Shown here in pieces: positions 19,680 through 29,323 of a DNA stretch of 48,633 nucleotides. The notes beneath the pieces are model-generated. The model saw only the letters and a list, made by a program, of their open reading frames with translations. It did not search any database and was not told where the DNA came from. This stretch comes from an uncultured Eubacteriales bacterium (GTDB taxonomy: Bacteria > Bacillota > Clostridia > Lachnospirales > Lachnospiraceae): assembly GCA_900321145.1 (NCBI GenBank), contig ONVB01000206.1, positions 1 to 48,633 on the forward strand, written 5' to 3'. Each line of letters starts with the position of its first letter. Position 1 is the stretch's first letter. Position numbers and translations under genes: made by a program.

Positions 19680-20387
19680 ATGGAGCTTTCACACAGAAAT
19701 TATGCAAGTGTATTTCTAAACGGTGCCGCGATCTTTATATTGGCCGGGATGATAGTCAACACATCCATATACAGACAGAGGGGCAGGAAGGATGATAAGA
19801 TCTTCTTTTTCATGCTTCTCGGTGATATATGCTTAGGTCTGTGCGATACTGTGGTTGCCCTGGTCAATGGCCGGGATTTTGCCGGTGCACGGTTGATAAA
19901 TACTGTTGCTTATACCGGGATATACCTCTTTACGGCTGTGTTGGCATACCTTGTTCCTCTTTATCTGTTGTACAGGTATACCAGGCGTGAAGATATGTTC
20001 AAGGTAGTCTGGCGTGTACTTCTTGTTCCGCTGATCTGCATATTTGCCATGTATCTGATAGGCGTTCCGAACGGCTATTTTCTTTCTGTTGATGAGCAGA
20101 ATACTTATCACTTCGGAAAGTACTACGTTGTTCCGCTCGGGATGACGCTTGTCTATACTCTTGTCTCTTTTGTGATTCCTCTGATAGTTAAGATAAAATT
20201 CGGCAGACTCAGGCATATGTATATATTGCTATATCTGATACCTATATCCGGAGCGGTCCTTCCGTTTGTGTTCGATGTCGCTGCGGATGCAGCGATCGTT
20301 TTTGCGGTGATCTTTGCCTATATGCATATGAGTGCGATGAATGAGGAATTCTTCGATATCAGCGAGGGCGTGGAGGTGAAAAAATGA
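19680..20387 (+). CDS. Multi-pass (about 7 TM) membrane sensor-like protein without an output domain
   Basis: About seven hydrophobic segments and a YFLSVDEQNTYHFG loop typical of 7TM input domains of Clostridia GGDEF/kinase proteins. Confidence 0.65.
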   Translation: MELSHRNYASVFLNGAAIFILAGMIVNTSIYRQRGRKDDKIFFFMLLGDICLGLCDTVVALVNGRDFAGARLINTVAYTGIYLFTAVLAYLVPLYLLYRYTRREDMFKVVWRVLLVPLICIFAMYLIGVPNGYFLSVDEQNTYHFGKYYVVPLGMTLVYTLVSFVIPLIVKIKFGRLRHMYILLYLIPISGAVLPFVFDVAADAAIVFAVIFAYMHMSAMNEEFFDISEGVEVKK

Positions 20388-21433
20388 ACTTTCCGCAGGA
20401 AGTGATAACAACATTATATACCGAGGGAACAGCTATCGCCCTGATCATAGGTCTTATGGTATATACCGCGGGGCTTAAGAAAAAGAACGGGGTGAGAGAG
20501 CATATTTTTATCATCCTCAATGCGCATGCGCTTCTTCTGGCTCTTAGCGGAGCCTTAAGCTATACTCTGAGATATCAGGATTTCGACGGGGCTCTGCTTT
20601 TGGCGAAAATCGCGGGTAATCTTCACGAGCTTTTCATACTTGCGCTTATTTTCTACTGGATGCTTTTCACGGATTATCTTTTATACAGAAGCAGGGATCA
20701 CCTGTACAGAAGGTATACACCTGCGTTTATACCCATCCTGGTATGTGCGGGTGTTCTTGCTGTGAATTCGTTTACAAACTTCCTTTTTGATATAGGTGAG
20801 GATCTTAAGTTTGATCCGAAGCCGGGTTACTGGGTATTGGTGGCATTGGAATACTTATATCTGATCAATACGGTCGTTCTGCTGCTTAGGTTTTACTCTA
20901 AGTCCAACGGACCGAAGTTCATCAGACTTCTTCCGTTTGCGACGCCGTTTATCGTGAGTTCGGTGATGAATCGCGTAACGCCTTACGAGGTCAGATCGCT
21001 CGGAATAGCAGTAGGTCTTGTGCTGCTTCATTTTTCACTTATGAATGAACGCTGCTACAGAGATGAGGAAACAGGCTTTTATAATATCGCCTTTTTAAAG
21101 TATATAGCCGGTTTTGCAACCGAACACGATGCGTCCGGCGGCTGTGCTATCATATTTGACGGTGCGGAGAGAGGCGATGAACTCGCCGGCATCGTTAGTG
21201 ATGAAGCGCCGGATAACAGTGCTGTCGTGAATGCGGGCCACGGAAGGTATATAGTTTTATCCGGAGCTCAGAGCAGGACGGCTATAAGGCTGTTTATTAC
21301 TGCGGTTAAAGAGGCAGCGGAAGAAGAGAGTATAGATGTAAGCGCTGACTATCTGGTTTTGAACGGCGGAGAATCCCTTGAGAAGAGCCTGAATAAATTA
21401 ATTAATAAAACAGTAAGGGCGGTACCGCAATGA
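20384..21433 (+). CDS. 7TM membrane protein with a degenerate GGDEF-like C-terminal domain
   Basis: About seven TM segments, then RDEETGFYN (DxLTGLxN-like); the GG(D/E)EF position reads GHGRY. ATGA overlap with the previous gene. Confidence 0.65.
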   Translation: MNFPQEVITTLYTEGTAIALIIGLMVYTAGLKKKNGVREHIFIILNAHALLLALSGALSYTLRYQDFDGALLLAKIAGNLHELFILALIFYWMLFTDYLLYRSRDHLYRRYTPAFIPILVCAGVLAVNSFTNFLFDIGEDLKFDPKPGYWVLVALEYLYLINTVVLLLRFYSKSNGPKFIRLLPFATPFIVSSVMNRVTPYEVRSLGIAVGLVLLHFSLMNERCYRDEETGFYNIAFLKYIAGFATEHDASGGCAIIFDGAERGDELAGIVSDEAPDNSAVVNAGHGRYIVLSGAQSRTAIRLFITAVKEAAEEESIDVSADYLVLNGGESLEKSLNKLINKTVRAVPQ

Positions 21434-22389
21434 AGCACGATACTAAAAAATATATACAATTACCGGACGAACTTAAGAACAAGATAACAGACAGAGGTTA
21501 CAGACAGATAGAGGTAGAGGATGAGCCCTACTTTGATACCTTCTTTGACAGGATGAACGGGTATTGGTCTTCTTCTACAAATGTATGCAATATGATATGC
21601 TGGCAGGACACCTTCCCTACATTTTTCAAGGAATCGGGCGGGTTGCTCCTGTGTCTTAATTATGTGTGCGAAGAGGGTAAGCTGTACGGAATCCCAATGA
21701 TAGGAGAGTATACCGACGAAAGAGTCAGAGCTGCCGTTGCAACCTTAAAGAGTGACTTTGAGTACTTTGGGGTTGAATTTGCCATAATGGATGTGACCAA
21801 CTGGATGTATCCCTTTTTTGAGAAAAGCGGAGTCGATTTTGAGGTCGATGACGACAGGGATTACATGGATTATGTATATACAAATGAGATGTTCCTTAAA
21901 GGTCTGAACAAGAAGGATGACCGTTATTACTACAGATATTTTTTGAAAAGAAACGAACCGGAGATTGAAGAGATCACTCCGGGACATATAGATGAGATAA
22001 GACAATTCTTTATGGACAACTGGTGTTCGAGCCATGAATGTGAAGACTGTCATTACGGATGTTTGATCAATGTAGTCTCCATCCTGACCAACGCATTCGA
22101 CAGAATGCGCCTTCACGGATTTATCGTCCGGGTTGAGGGAGAGATGGTCGGATACTCTATAGTGAGTGTCAAGAGAGAGTATGGGATATATCAGTTTAAA
22201 AATGCCATCAACAGCATAAAGGGGCTGAATGAGTTTATTTTGAGAGAAACCTATGACAGATATCTGACCGGTGTCAGAGAGATCAATTATACAGAAGATG
22301 TGGGTATTGAAAACTTAAGATACTATAAGATGCATTTGGCACCGGAATACAGATTATCGTCAAAGATGGTGCTTAAAGCAAAGGGGTAG
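21430..22389 (+). CDS. DUF2156 / aminoacyl-phosphatidylglycerol synthase C-terminal-like (tRNA-dependent GNAT) protein
   Basis: DRDYMDYVY and INYTEDVGIENLRYYK resemble the DUF2156 signature INREEDLGxEGLRxAK; ATGA overlap. Confidence 0.7.
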   Translation: MKHDTKKYIQLPDELKNKITDRGYRQIEVEDEPYFDTFFDRMNGYWSSSTNVCNMICWQDTFPTFFKESGGLLLCLNYVCEEGKLYGIPMIGEYTDERVRAAVATLKSDFEYFGVEFAIMDVTNWMYPFFEKSGVDFEVDDDRDYMDYVYTNEMFLKGLNKKDDRYYYRYFLKRNEPEIEEITPGHIDEIRQFFMDNWCSSHECEDCHYGCLINVVSILTNAFDRMRLHGFIVRVEGEMVGYSIVSVKREYGIYQFKNAINSIKGLNEFILRETYDRYLTGVREINYTEDVGIENLRYYKMHLAPEYRLSSKMVLKAKG

Positions 22390-22392
22390 AAT

Positions 22393-25338
22393 ATGGCAAA
22401 AAAAACAAGCGTATTAAGTCGTGCCAAAGAAACAACAAAGAGCGGATCTATGCCAATTCTGCTTTTGCTGCTGTTGGTTTCGTTACTTGGATGGTTTTTA
22501 TATAACAACGTCAACTGGATCGGGATCAATCCTTTTTCCAAATATGCGTATGACAATGTATCATCTGCCACAAAAGACAGCGACGGATATACTTATGTGA
22601 TAGCCGATTCCGGCTCCGAGATACTCAAGATATCCGGTGATGGAAAGCTGGTCATGATAATATCCGGAAAGAAAGCCGGGTTTGCCGGAGCTACTCACAT
22701 ATCCTGCGGTGGTGATAAAAAGCTCTACGTACACACGGTTGAATACTCGACAGGTGTACGTATATCGGAGGAGAGGATAATATGCATTGACCCGGAAAAC
22801 GGAAATCCGGTGAAGAGTTTAAAATATATTCCCCGCGACATAAATGCTATGATGCAGGATTTTGCCGGCTTCGTACCTACCGAGGACGGTATGCTCTTTA
22901 TATTGAAGGAGTTTTCCGGCCTGTGCATATATGACCAGAAAAACAAGCTTGTAAAAAGATTTGATTTTGAATCTGCCGGGCAGGAGGTGATCACGGCTTC
23001 CTATGATGTTGCTTCGGATACGATATGCTATTCGACATATTCCGGGTGTCTTTATACACGTACCGGGGACGGCGAAGCTGTAAAAAGGTACGACAGTGAA
23101 AGTGTAAATGAAAGCATTCCGCAGGATATCTGTCTATATAACGGCGTGATCTATATGGCTGATGTAGGTAAGAAGAATATATTCTGCTTCCCGCTCAAGG
23201 ATTTTAATCAATATACGGTGGAAGAAGACTGTGACATAGAAGAAAGGGAGATAGCGGCGGTTGTTTCCGCAGGCACCGGTGGTGTTACGGTTGTTTCTGA
23301 AAGCTCTGTTTTTGACGTAAATGATGACGCTATCGTTATGCAGGAAAAACCCGTGCTGTCAGATAAGGTTGCCCTTATGGCTTCGATCGTATGGATCGCG
23401 ATCATATTAAGCGCGCTGATATGGCTTTACCTTTTAGTGCTGCTGATAAGATATCTTATCAGTCATTCTACCTTTGGAACCAAGCTTGCGCTCGGAATCA
23501 TTGTCGGAGTTTTTGCGGTTGCGGCTCTTTTTCTCGGAACGGTATTCCCCGGCTTTACGGAACAGTTTGAAAACGAGATATATTCAAAGGAACAGCTGGC
23601 ATCCAAGACGGCTTTGGAGGCTATCGGTCCCTTGAATCTGCTGGAACTCGGTTCGCCTTCGGATGCTGACACTCCCGAATATGCTTATGTCAGAGAAACT
23701 GCACGAGACATATTCTTCTCGGGTGAGATAAATGATTTTTACTGCATGATCTACATGAAGGTGGGGGACCATGTCAGGGTTGTCTATACCCTGGAGGATT
23801 TTTATTATGGATATCCCTCGGAGTATGTGCCGGAGGACTTGGAAGGGTTTGAGGTGGGAGTGTTCCGAAAGGGCAAGAGTACTTCAAGCCAGGGCACCTA
23901 TCTCTTTGTGCAGCTTCCTTTTGCGGATGCCGAGGGAAATGTAGCCGGCTTTGTGGAAGTCGGAACGGACACTGATGATATAACAAGGAAGAATAATCTT
24001 CTGCTTCGGGGACTTGTCGTAAATATACTTGCGATGATAGTTATCGTTGTCCTTTTTATGGTCGAGCTCGTATCCTTCCTTCACGCGAAGAGGGAGGACG
24101 ACAGACTGAGGGAAGAAGGCATCAAGCCGGAGATTGTACAACCGGAGCTTTACAGGTTTGTGGTATTCCTGGTGTTCTTCTTCACCAATCTTACCTGCGC
24201 CATTTTACCTATTTATTCCTTGAAGATGGCATCGAATATGAGCTTGTTTGGGATCAGCTCGGAGATACTATCGGCAATCCCGATATCCGCCGAGGTTTTC
24301 GCAGGTGCGGTTTTCTCTGCAATCGGAGGGAAGATCATAAGAAAGATCGGCAACAAGAAGGCCATAGCTTTAAGTTCTTTTCTTTTTACCGCAGGACTTG
24401 CATTAAGGATCGTACCTAATCTGTTTACACTTACTCTCGGAGCGCTTGTTTTGGGAAGCGGCTGGGGTATACAGCTTCTTATGGTCAATGTTATGATCGC
24501 AACCCTGCCCGAGGCAGAGAAGGATAAAGGCTATTCTCATTACAATGTTGCCTCGCTTGCGGGCGCAAACAGTGCTATCGTCCTCGGTGGTTTCCTGGTA
24601 CAGTGGATTGATTATTCGGTTCTTTTTATCATTAACGCATTAGGAAGTGTAGCTTTATACTATGTCTCGAGAAAATATCTTGCGGATGTTGTTTTCGATG
24701 AAGAGAAAAGCGGTGCACAAAAGGATAAAGGCAAGTCGGTTTTGAAGTTTATTTTTAAACCGAGAGTTATCATATTCTTCGTGTTTATGCTCACACCGCT
24801 TTTGATAGCCGGTTATTTCCTGTATTATATGTTCCCGATCATCGGATCCGAGTGGGGCATATCCGACACCTATATCGGCTATCTGCTGGTTGTATGCGGG
24901 CTCTTCTCGGTTGTCTTCGGAGGAAAGACTACGGAATTCTTCTCGAAGGGTAAGAGGAAAAGTCTTGGACTGTTTTGCGCTGCTTTATTATATGCCGTAG
25001 GGTTCTATGTGGTCGCAAAGGAGCAGAATCTTCAATCTCTGCTGGCGGCGCTTGGCTTGATCGGTATAGCGGACAGCTTTGGCATACCGCTTTTGTCTAA
25101 CTATTATACCGACCTGAAAGAGGTGTCGGAGTTTGGATATGACAAGGCTTTCGGAATATACAGTCTGTTTGAAAATACAGCTCAGTCGTTGGGTTCCTTT
25201 GCGTTTGGATCTGTCCTTGTTGTAGGCGTGGAAAAAGGACTTAAGATAATGCTTATAGTTCTGCTGGCGATGGCTTTAGTATTTTTTGTCTCGTCATTGA
25301 GTATCATAAAAACGAAAGGGGGGCAAAAAAATGAATAA
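22393..25338 (+). CDS. Fusion protein: extracellular beta-propeller + Cache-like sensor domain + C-terminal MFS transporter
   Basis: N-terminal TM; NHL-like repeats (DGYTYVIADSG, PQDICLYNGVIYMADVG); TM pair; loop ending PFADAEGNVAGFVEVG; then about 12 TM with a GGKIIRKIGNKK MFS motif-A-like loop. Confidence 0.72.
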   Translation: MAKKTSVLSRAKETTKSGSMPILLLLLLVSLLGWFLYNNVNWIGINPFSKYAYDNVSSATKDSDGYTYVIADSGSEILKISGDGKLVMIISGKKAGFAGATHISCGGDKKLYVHTVEYSTGVRISEERIICIDPENGNPVKSLKYIPRDINAMMQDFAGFVPTEDGMLFILKEFSGLCIYDQKNKLVKRFDFESAGQEVITASYDVASDTICYSTYSGCLYTRTGDGEAVKRYDSESVNESIPQDICLYNGVIYMADVGKKNIFCFPLKDFNQYTVEEDCDIEEREIAAVVSAGTGGVTVVSESSVFDVNDDAIVMQEKPVLSDKVALMASIVWIAIILSALIWLYLLVLLIRYLISHSTFGTKLALGIIVGVFAVAALFLGTVFPGFTEQFENEIYSKEQLASKTALEAIGPLNLLELGSPSDADTPEYAYVRETARDIFFSGEINDFYCMIYMKVGDHVRVVYTLEDFYYGYPSEYVPEDLEGFEVGVFRKGKSTSSQGTYLFVQLPFADAEGNVAGFVEVGTDTDDITRKNNLLLRGLVVNILAMIVIVVLFMVELVSFLHAKREDDRLREEGIKPEIVQPELYRFVVFLVFFFTNLTCAILPIYSLKMASNMSLFGISSEILSAIPISAEVFAGAVFSAIGGKIIRKIGNKKAIALSSFLFTAGLALRIVPNLFTLTLGALVLGSGWGIQLLMVNVMIATLPEAEKDKGYSHYNVASLAGANSAIVLGGFLVQWIDYSVLFIINALGSVALYYVSRKYLADVVFDEEKSGAQKDKGKSVLKFIFKPRVIIFFVFMLTPLLIAGYFLYYMFPIIGSEWGISDTYIGYLLVVCGLFSVVFGGKTTEFFSKGKRKSLGLFCAALLYAVGFYVVAKEQNLQSLLAALGLIGIADSFGIPLLSNYYTDLKEVSEFGYDKAFGIYSLFENTAQSLGSFAFGSVLVVGVEKGLKIMLIVLLAMALVFFVSSLSIIKTKGGQKNE

Positions 25339-27484
25339 TCCGAAGGTTAAGAAAAAGCATAATCTTGCGAAGAGAATATCCAAGTTTATATTCACGGTAA
25401 ACTCCCTGATCATAATTCTGATCCTTGTCATAACAACTTTTGAGTCGTATTTTCTGACATCAAGAGTATATAAGGAAAAGACTATGCAGGTGGCCGAAAG
25501 TCTTGCGGGAACGGTTGACGGCCAGGGAATCCGTGTACTGTTGGACATCATCGTGACAGACGAATATCAGAGCTTAAGAGCTGAGGCTGAAGCAAAAAAC
25601 GATGAGCAGATGATCGTAGATTATTTTAATGAGCATATTAATGTCGCGGGGGAAGGATTTACGGAGGGTTATGACCTGTTCACGGCTCTCGTTAATTATG
25701 CCATTGATTCGATAAATAAACTCAGAGATGACATGGATGTACAGTACCTGTATGTGGATTATATCAAAGACGGTTATTCTTACAACATCTATGACCCTGA
25801 TGACATATTCTTTTCAATGGGTAAAAAAACAAAGCTTGACGATGCTTTTGAGAATATGAAAGGGAACGAAAGGGTTGAACCGAGAACCTCGCGTACCGAA
25901 TACGGCTGGTTGGCGACCGGAGGCGTTCCTATATACGATCGCGAAGGCAATGCGGTAGCTATCGCCTTTTGTGATATCAATATGAATGTGGTTATAAAGG
26001 AATCTCTTACGTTTTCGTTCTCGGTGCTTGTAGCAGCGTTTATAGCTTTGTTCCTGATATCCTTTAAACTTAAGGGAATGGTGCAAAAGAGGATTACGGC
26101 CCCTGTTGAACAGTTAACCGATGCAAATGATAAGTTTGCGGAGAAGAAGGGCGATGCCTACACCAAGGAGGATATAATCCGGCTCGATATAAATACGGGT
26201 GACGAGATAGAAGAGCTGTATCATGCGACAAGGTTCATGCAGGCGAGTATCATTGATTATATGGAGAATCTGACCAAGGTGACGGCGGAGAAGGAGAGGA
26301 TAGGAGCCGAGCTCAACGTCGCCACGCAGATCCAGGCGGATATGCTTCCGAGGATATTCCCCCCATTCCCCGAGAGGGATGACTTCGACATCTATGCCTA
26401 TATGACGCCGGCGAAGGAGGTCGGGGGTGACTTTTATGACTTCTTCCTGATAGACGACAAGCACATGGGACTTGTTATGGCGGATGTGTCGGGTAAGGGA
26501 GTACCTGCCGCACTCTTTATGGTCATAGCAAAGACTCTTATCAAAAACCGAGCCATGAACGGGGAACTCTCACCGGCGATCATATTGTCAAATGTTAATG
26601 ATCAGCTGTGTGAGGGAAACGAAGCGGAGCTTTTCGTCACGGTATGGCTTGCCATAATCGACCTGAATACCGGTAAGGGCAAGGCGGCAAATGCGGGACA
26701 TGAACACCCGGCGTTACGGCGGAAGGACGGCAGCTATGAGCTTGTGGAATACAAGCACTCCATGGCGGTTGCCACCTTCGAAGGTCTTCCGTTCAAAGAG
26801 CATGAATTTGAGCTTCATCCCGGTGACAGCCTGTTTGTATATACAGACGGTGTACCTGAAGCAACCAATATAAACAATGAGCTCTACGGCACGGACAGGA
26901 TGCTTGAAGCACTGAACAAAGATCCTGATGCTTCGCAGGAGCAGATACTTAAAACAGTCAAGACCAGCGTGGACGAATTCGTGGGCGAATGCGATCCTTT
27001 TGACGATCTTACAATGCTTGGGTTTAAATACTATGGAAATAAAACCAAAAAAGGGGTGGTAACAATGAACGGCAATGCCAAGGAACTTGATGTGGAAGCT
27101 ACAGACGAGATGCTTGATACGGTTATCGACTTCGTGAACGAAGAACTTGAAAAAGCCGGAGCCGACATGAAGGCTACAACTCAGATCGACGTTGCTGTCG
27201 AGGAGCTTTTTGTGAATATTGCTCATTATGCATACAATCCTGATACGGGCCCGGCAAAGGTCAGGATCGAGGTTGACGACGATCCGCTCGCGGTTTCCAT
27301 TACGTTCTTTGATAACGGCATTCCTTACGATCCGCTCGCCAAACCAGACCCGGATGTCAGCTTGTCAGTGGAGGAGAGACAGATAGGCGGTCTGGGCATA
27401 TTCATGGTCAAGAAGAGCATGGATAATGTGGAGTATGAGTATAAGGACGGTCAGAATGTACTTAAGATAACAAAGAAACTTTGA
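25331..27484 (+). CDS. Membrane HAMP-SpoIIE/PP2C (RsbU-like) phosphatase fused to an RsbW-like anti-sigma kinase (HATPase_c_2)
   Basis: Two TM, HAMP (PVEQLT...DEIEEL), EVGGDFYD, ADVSGKG, NAGH, YTDG, DDLT; then EELFVNIAHYAY, DNGIPYDP, GGLGIFMV. Confidence 0.9.
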   Translation: MNNPKVKKKHNLAKRISKFIFTVNSLIIILILVITTFESYFLTSRVYKEKTMQVAESLAGTVDGQGIRVLLDIIVTDEYQSLRAEAEAKNDEQMIVDYFNEHINVAGEGFTEGYDLFTALVNYAIDSINKLRDDMDVQYLYVDYIKDGYSYNIYDPDDIFFSMGKKTKLDDAFENMKGNERVEPRTSRTEYGWLATGGVPIYDREGNAVAIAFCDINMNVVIKESLTFSFSVLVAAFIALFLISFKLKGMVQKRITAPVEQLTDANDKFAEKKGDAYTKEDIIRLDINTGDEIEELYHATRFMQASIIDYMENLTKVTAEKERIGAELNVATQIQADMLPRIFPPFPERDDFDIYAYMTPAKEVGGDFYDFFLIDDKHMGLVMADVSGKGVPAALFMVIAKTLIKNRAMNGELSPAIILSNVNDQLCEGNEAELFVTVWLAIIDLNTGKGKAANAGHEHPALRRKDGSYELVEYKHSMAVATFEGLPFKEHEFELHPGDSLFVYTDGVPEATNINNELYGTDRMLEALNKDPDASQEQILKTVKTSVDEFVGECDPFDDLTMLGFKYYGNKTKKGVVTMNGNAKELDVEATDEMLDTVIDFVNEELEKAGADMKATTQIDVAVEELFVNIAHYAYNPDTGPAKVRIEVDDDPLAVSITFFDNGIPYDPLAKPDPDVSLSVEERQIGGLGIFMVKKSMDNVEYEYKDGQNVLKITKKL

Positions 27485-27544
27485 TTAAGGCATTGATAAA
27501 AATTATGATAATCTGTTTTTTTGCGTGATTTACATAATTTTTGA

Positions 27545-27573
27545 TTGTAAGATTATAAAAAAAATGGTAAAAT
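27545..27573 (+). promoter_or_regulatory. Probable sigma-A promoter of the two-component system
   Basis: TTGTAA-17 bp-TAAAAT with an extended TG. Confidence 0.45.
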
Positions 27574-27647
27574 CAAACATGTGTGTGACAAGCGTTTAGC
27601 TCCGGCTTAAAGCTTGCAAGATATGTTTGATAGCTCAAGGGGAAAAC

Positions 27648-28406
27648 ATGTTGATCGATGAAATCGATAATAACAGAATCCTGTTCATATATGCCATAGC
27701 GGTTACAGTTGCGCTCGTGGGTCTTATATGCTATTTGATCGTTTCAAATACCAAAAAGAAGGCTCAGACGGAACGGATAGAGAAGGCCAAGCTTGAGATC
27801 ATGTTCAGCCAGATCAGGCCGCATTTTGTGTATAATGTTCTCAATTCCATTTACTATCTGTGTGAGATAGATCCGTTGAAGGCACAGAGAGCCATAGAGA
27901 ACTTTGCTGATTATATGCGTACCAATCTTGACTCTATAGACGGTCAGAGTCTTGTTTCTTTTGATGAGGAGATGACTCATATCGAGAAGTATATGGAGCT
28001 TGAGAAGATGCGTTTCGGCGACGATCTGACCGTTAATTATGACATTAAGGTGAGGGACTTTAAGCTCCCGTCCCTTTCCATACAGCCGCTCATGGAAAAT
28101 GCGGTAAAGCACGGAGTCGGGGCAAGCGAAAACGGCGGGAGCGTGACACTTTCGACGGAGGAGACGGCTCAGGATTATGTGATCACGGTCAGTGATTCCG
28201 GTGTGGGCTACAACCCTCATTTCAAGAGCAGGCATAGCGGAGAACAGAGCTCAAACAAGTCTCATATCGGTCTTTCGAATGTGCGCGAGAGACTTGGGAT
28301 GATGTGCGGAGGAAAGGTAGATATATATACAGCCGACGGTAAAGGGACAAGGGTTGTGGTACGTATACCCAAGACGAGCAAGGTCGGCAAAAAATACAAC
28401 AAATGA
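27648..28406 (+). CDS. LytS/YehU-type sensor histidine kinase with a single TM and almost no sensor domain
   Basis: SQIRPHFVYNVLNSI H-box, IQPLMENAVKHG N-box, DSGVG, IGLSNVRERL, GTRV. Start moved to ATG 27648 after AAGGGGA. Confidence 0.9.
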   Translation: MLIDEIDNNRILFIYAIAVTVALVGLICYLIVSNTKKKAQTERIEKAKLEIMFSQIRPHFVYNVLNSIYYLCEIDPLKAQRAIENFADYMRTNLDSIDGQSLVSFDEEMTHIEKYMELEKMRFGDDLTVNYDIKVRDFKLPSLSIQPLMENAVKHGVGASENGGSVTLSTEETAQDYVITVSDSGVGYNPHFKSRHSGEQSSNKSHIGLSNVRERLGMMCGGKVDIYTADGKGTRVVVRIPKTSKVGKKYNK

Positions 28407-28440
28407 TAATACTCTTAAATGATCAGGGGGGTGAGATGTA

Positions 28441-29244
28441 TTGGAGATTATTGCAGTTGATGACGAACAGTTGTCGCTCGACGGGATAATCGCTGCACTT
28501 GGTAAAATAAATATCGATGCCAATGTGAAGGGCTTTAAGAAAGCTTCGGAAGCTTTAGAGTATGCATATACTCACAAGATAGATGTAGCTTTTTTGGATA
28601 TCCAGATGAGGGGCGTGACGGGTATGGAGCTCGCGGAGGATCTGAAAAAGCTTCATCCCTATCTGAATGTCATATTTACGACGGGTTTTTCGGAGTATGC
28701 GGGCGAAGCCCTGGATATGCACGCAAGCGGCTATATCATGAAACCGGTCACGGTTGAAAAGGTAAAGAAGGAACTGAGCGATCTCAGGTACAGCAGCTCA
28801 AGCGGAGAGAGCAAGAAGAAATTCAGGATCGTGACATTTGGCAATTTTGCGGTGTTTGACGGTGAAAATCCGGTCAAGTTCAAGTACAGAAAAAGCTATG
28901 AGGTTTTAGCCTACTTAGTCGACCGGCACGGCTCCTTTGCTTCAAATGGTGAGCTTATCGCCGCCCTCTGGGAGGACGACAGTGATTATGAAGGCCGTAT
29001 TTCCTACCTGAACAACATAAGGGCGGATATAAAAAATACCATGGCGGCTCTCGGCTACGGTGATATTATTCTAAGGCAGAGAGGTCACCTGGCCATAGAT
29101 GTAAACGAAGTGGACTGTGATTATTTCAGATACATCAACGGTGACAAGGATGCTCTAAAGAGCTACCACGGTGAGTACATGAGCCAGTTTTCCTGGGCCG
29201 AGCTTACCAATGCAAGCCTCATGAACGATGCGGGGCTGCTGTGA
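28441..29244 (+). CDS. Two-component response regulator, SARP-type (REC + winged helix + partial BTAD)
   Basis: IAVDDE, AFLDIQM, IFTTG, YIMKP. The output region TFGNFAV...EVLAYLV...LIAALWED...DCDYF...YHGEYM...WAE is typical of COG3947-like SARP regulators. Confidence 0.85.
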   Translation: MEIIAVDDEQLSLDGIIAALGKINIDANVKGFKKASEALEYAYTHKIDVAFLDIQMRGVTGMELAEDLKKLHPYLNVIFTTGFSEYAGEALDMHASGYIMKPVTVEKVKKELSDLRYSSSSGESKKKFRIVTFGNFAVFDGENPVKFKYRKSYEVLAYLVDRHGSFASNGELIAALWEDDSDYEGRISYLNNIRADIKNTMAALGYGDIILRQRGHLAIDVNEVDCDYFRYINGDKDALKSYHGEYMSQFSWAELTNASLMNDAGLL

Positions 29245-29273
29245 CTAAAGTGTGACTGTTTTTAATCTATAAT
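29240..29273 (+). promoter_or_regulatory. CIS promoter box 1
   Basis: TGTGACT-AAAG-TGTGACTGT-N8-TATAAT; the first repeat overlaps the regulator's stop codon. Confidence 0.8.
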
Positions 29274-29323
29274 TAAACGATTTATTATATCAGGATCGAT
29301 ATCGGAGAAAGGAAGTTTAGCAT

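Noticed and set aside
26260-26465. GC-richer patch inside the PP2C gene, suggesting gene conversion or horizontal transfer
   Set aside because: Impression by eye only; it coincides with the most conserved part of the domain and cannot be supported without paralogue alignment.
27581-27590. GTGTGTGACA as a fourth CIS box (autoregulation of the two-component system)
   Set aside because: A single imperfect half-site downstream of the -10, without the 11-bp tandem partner.
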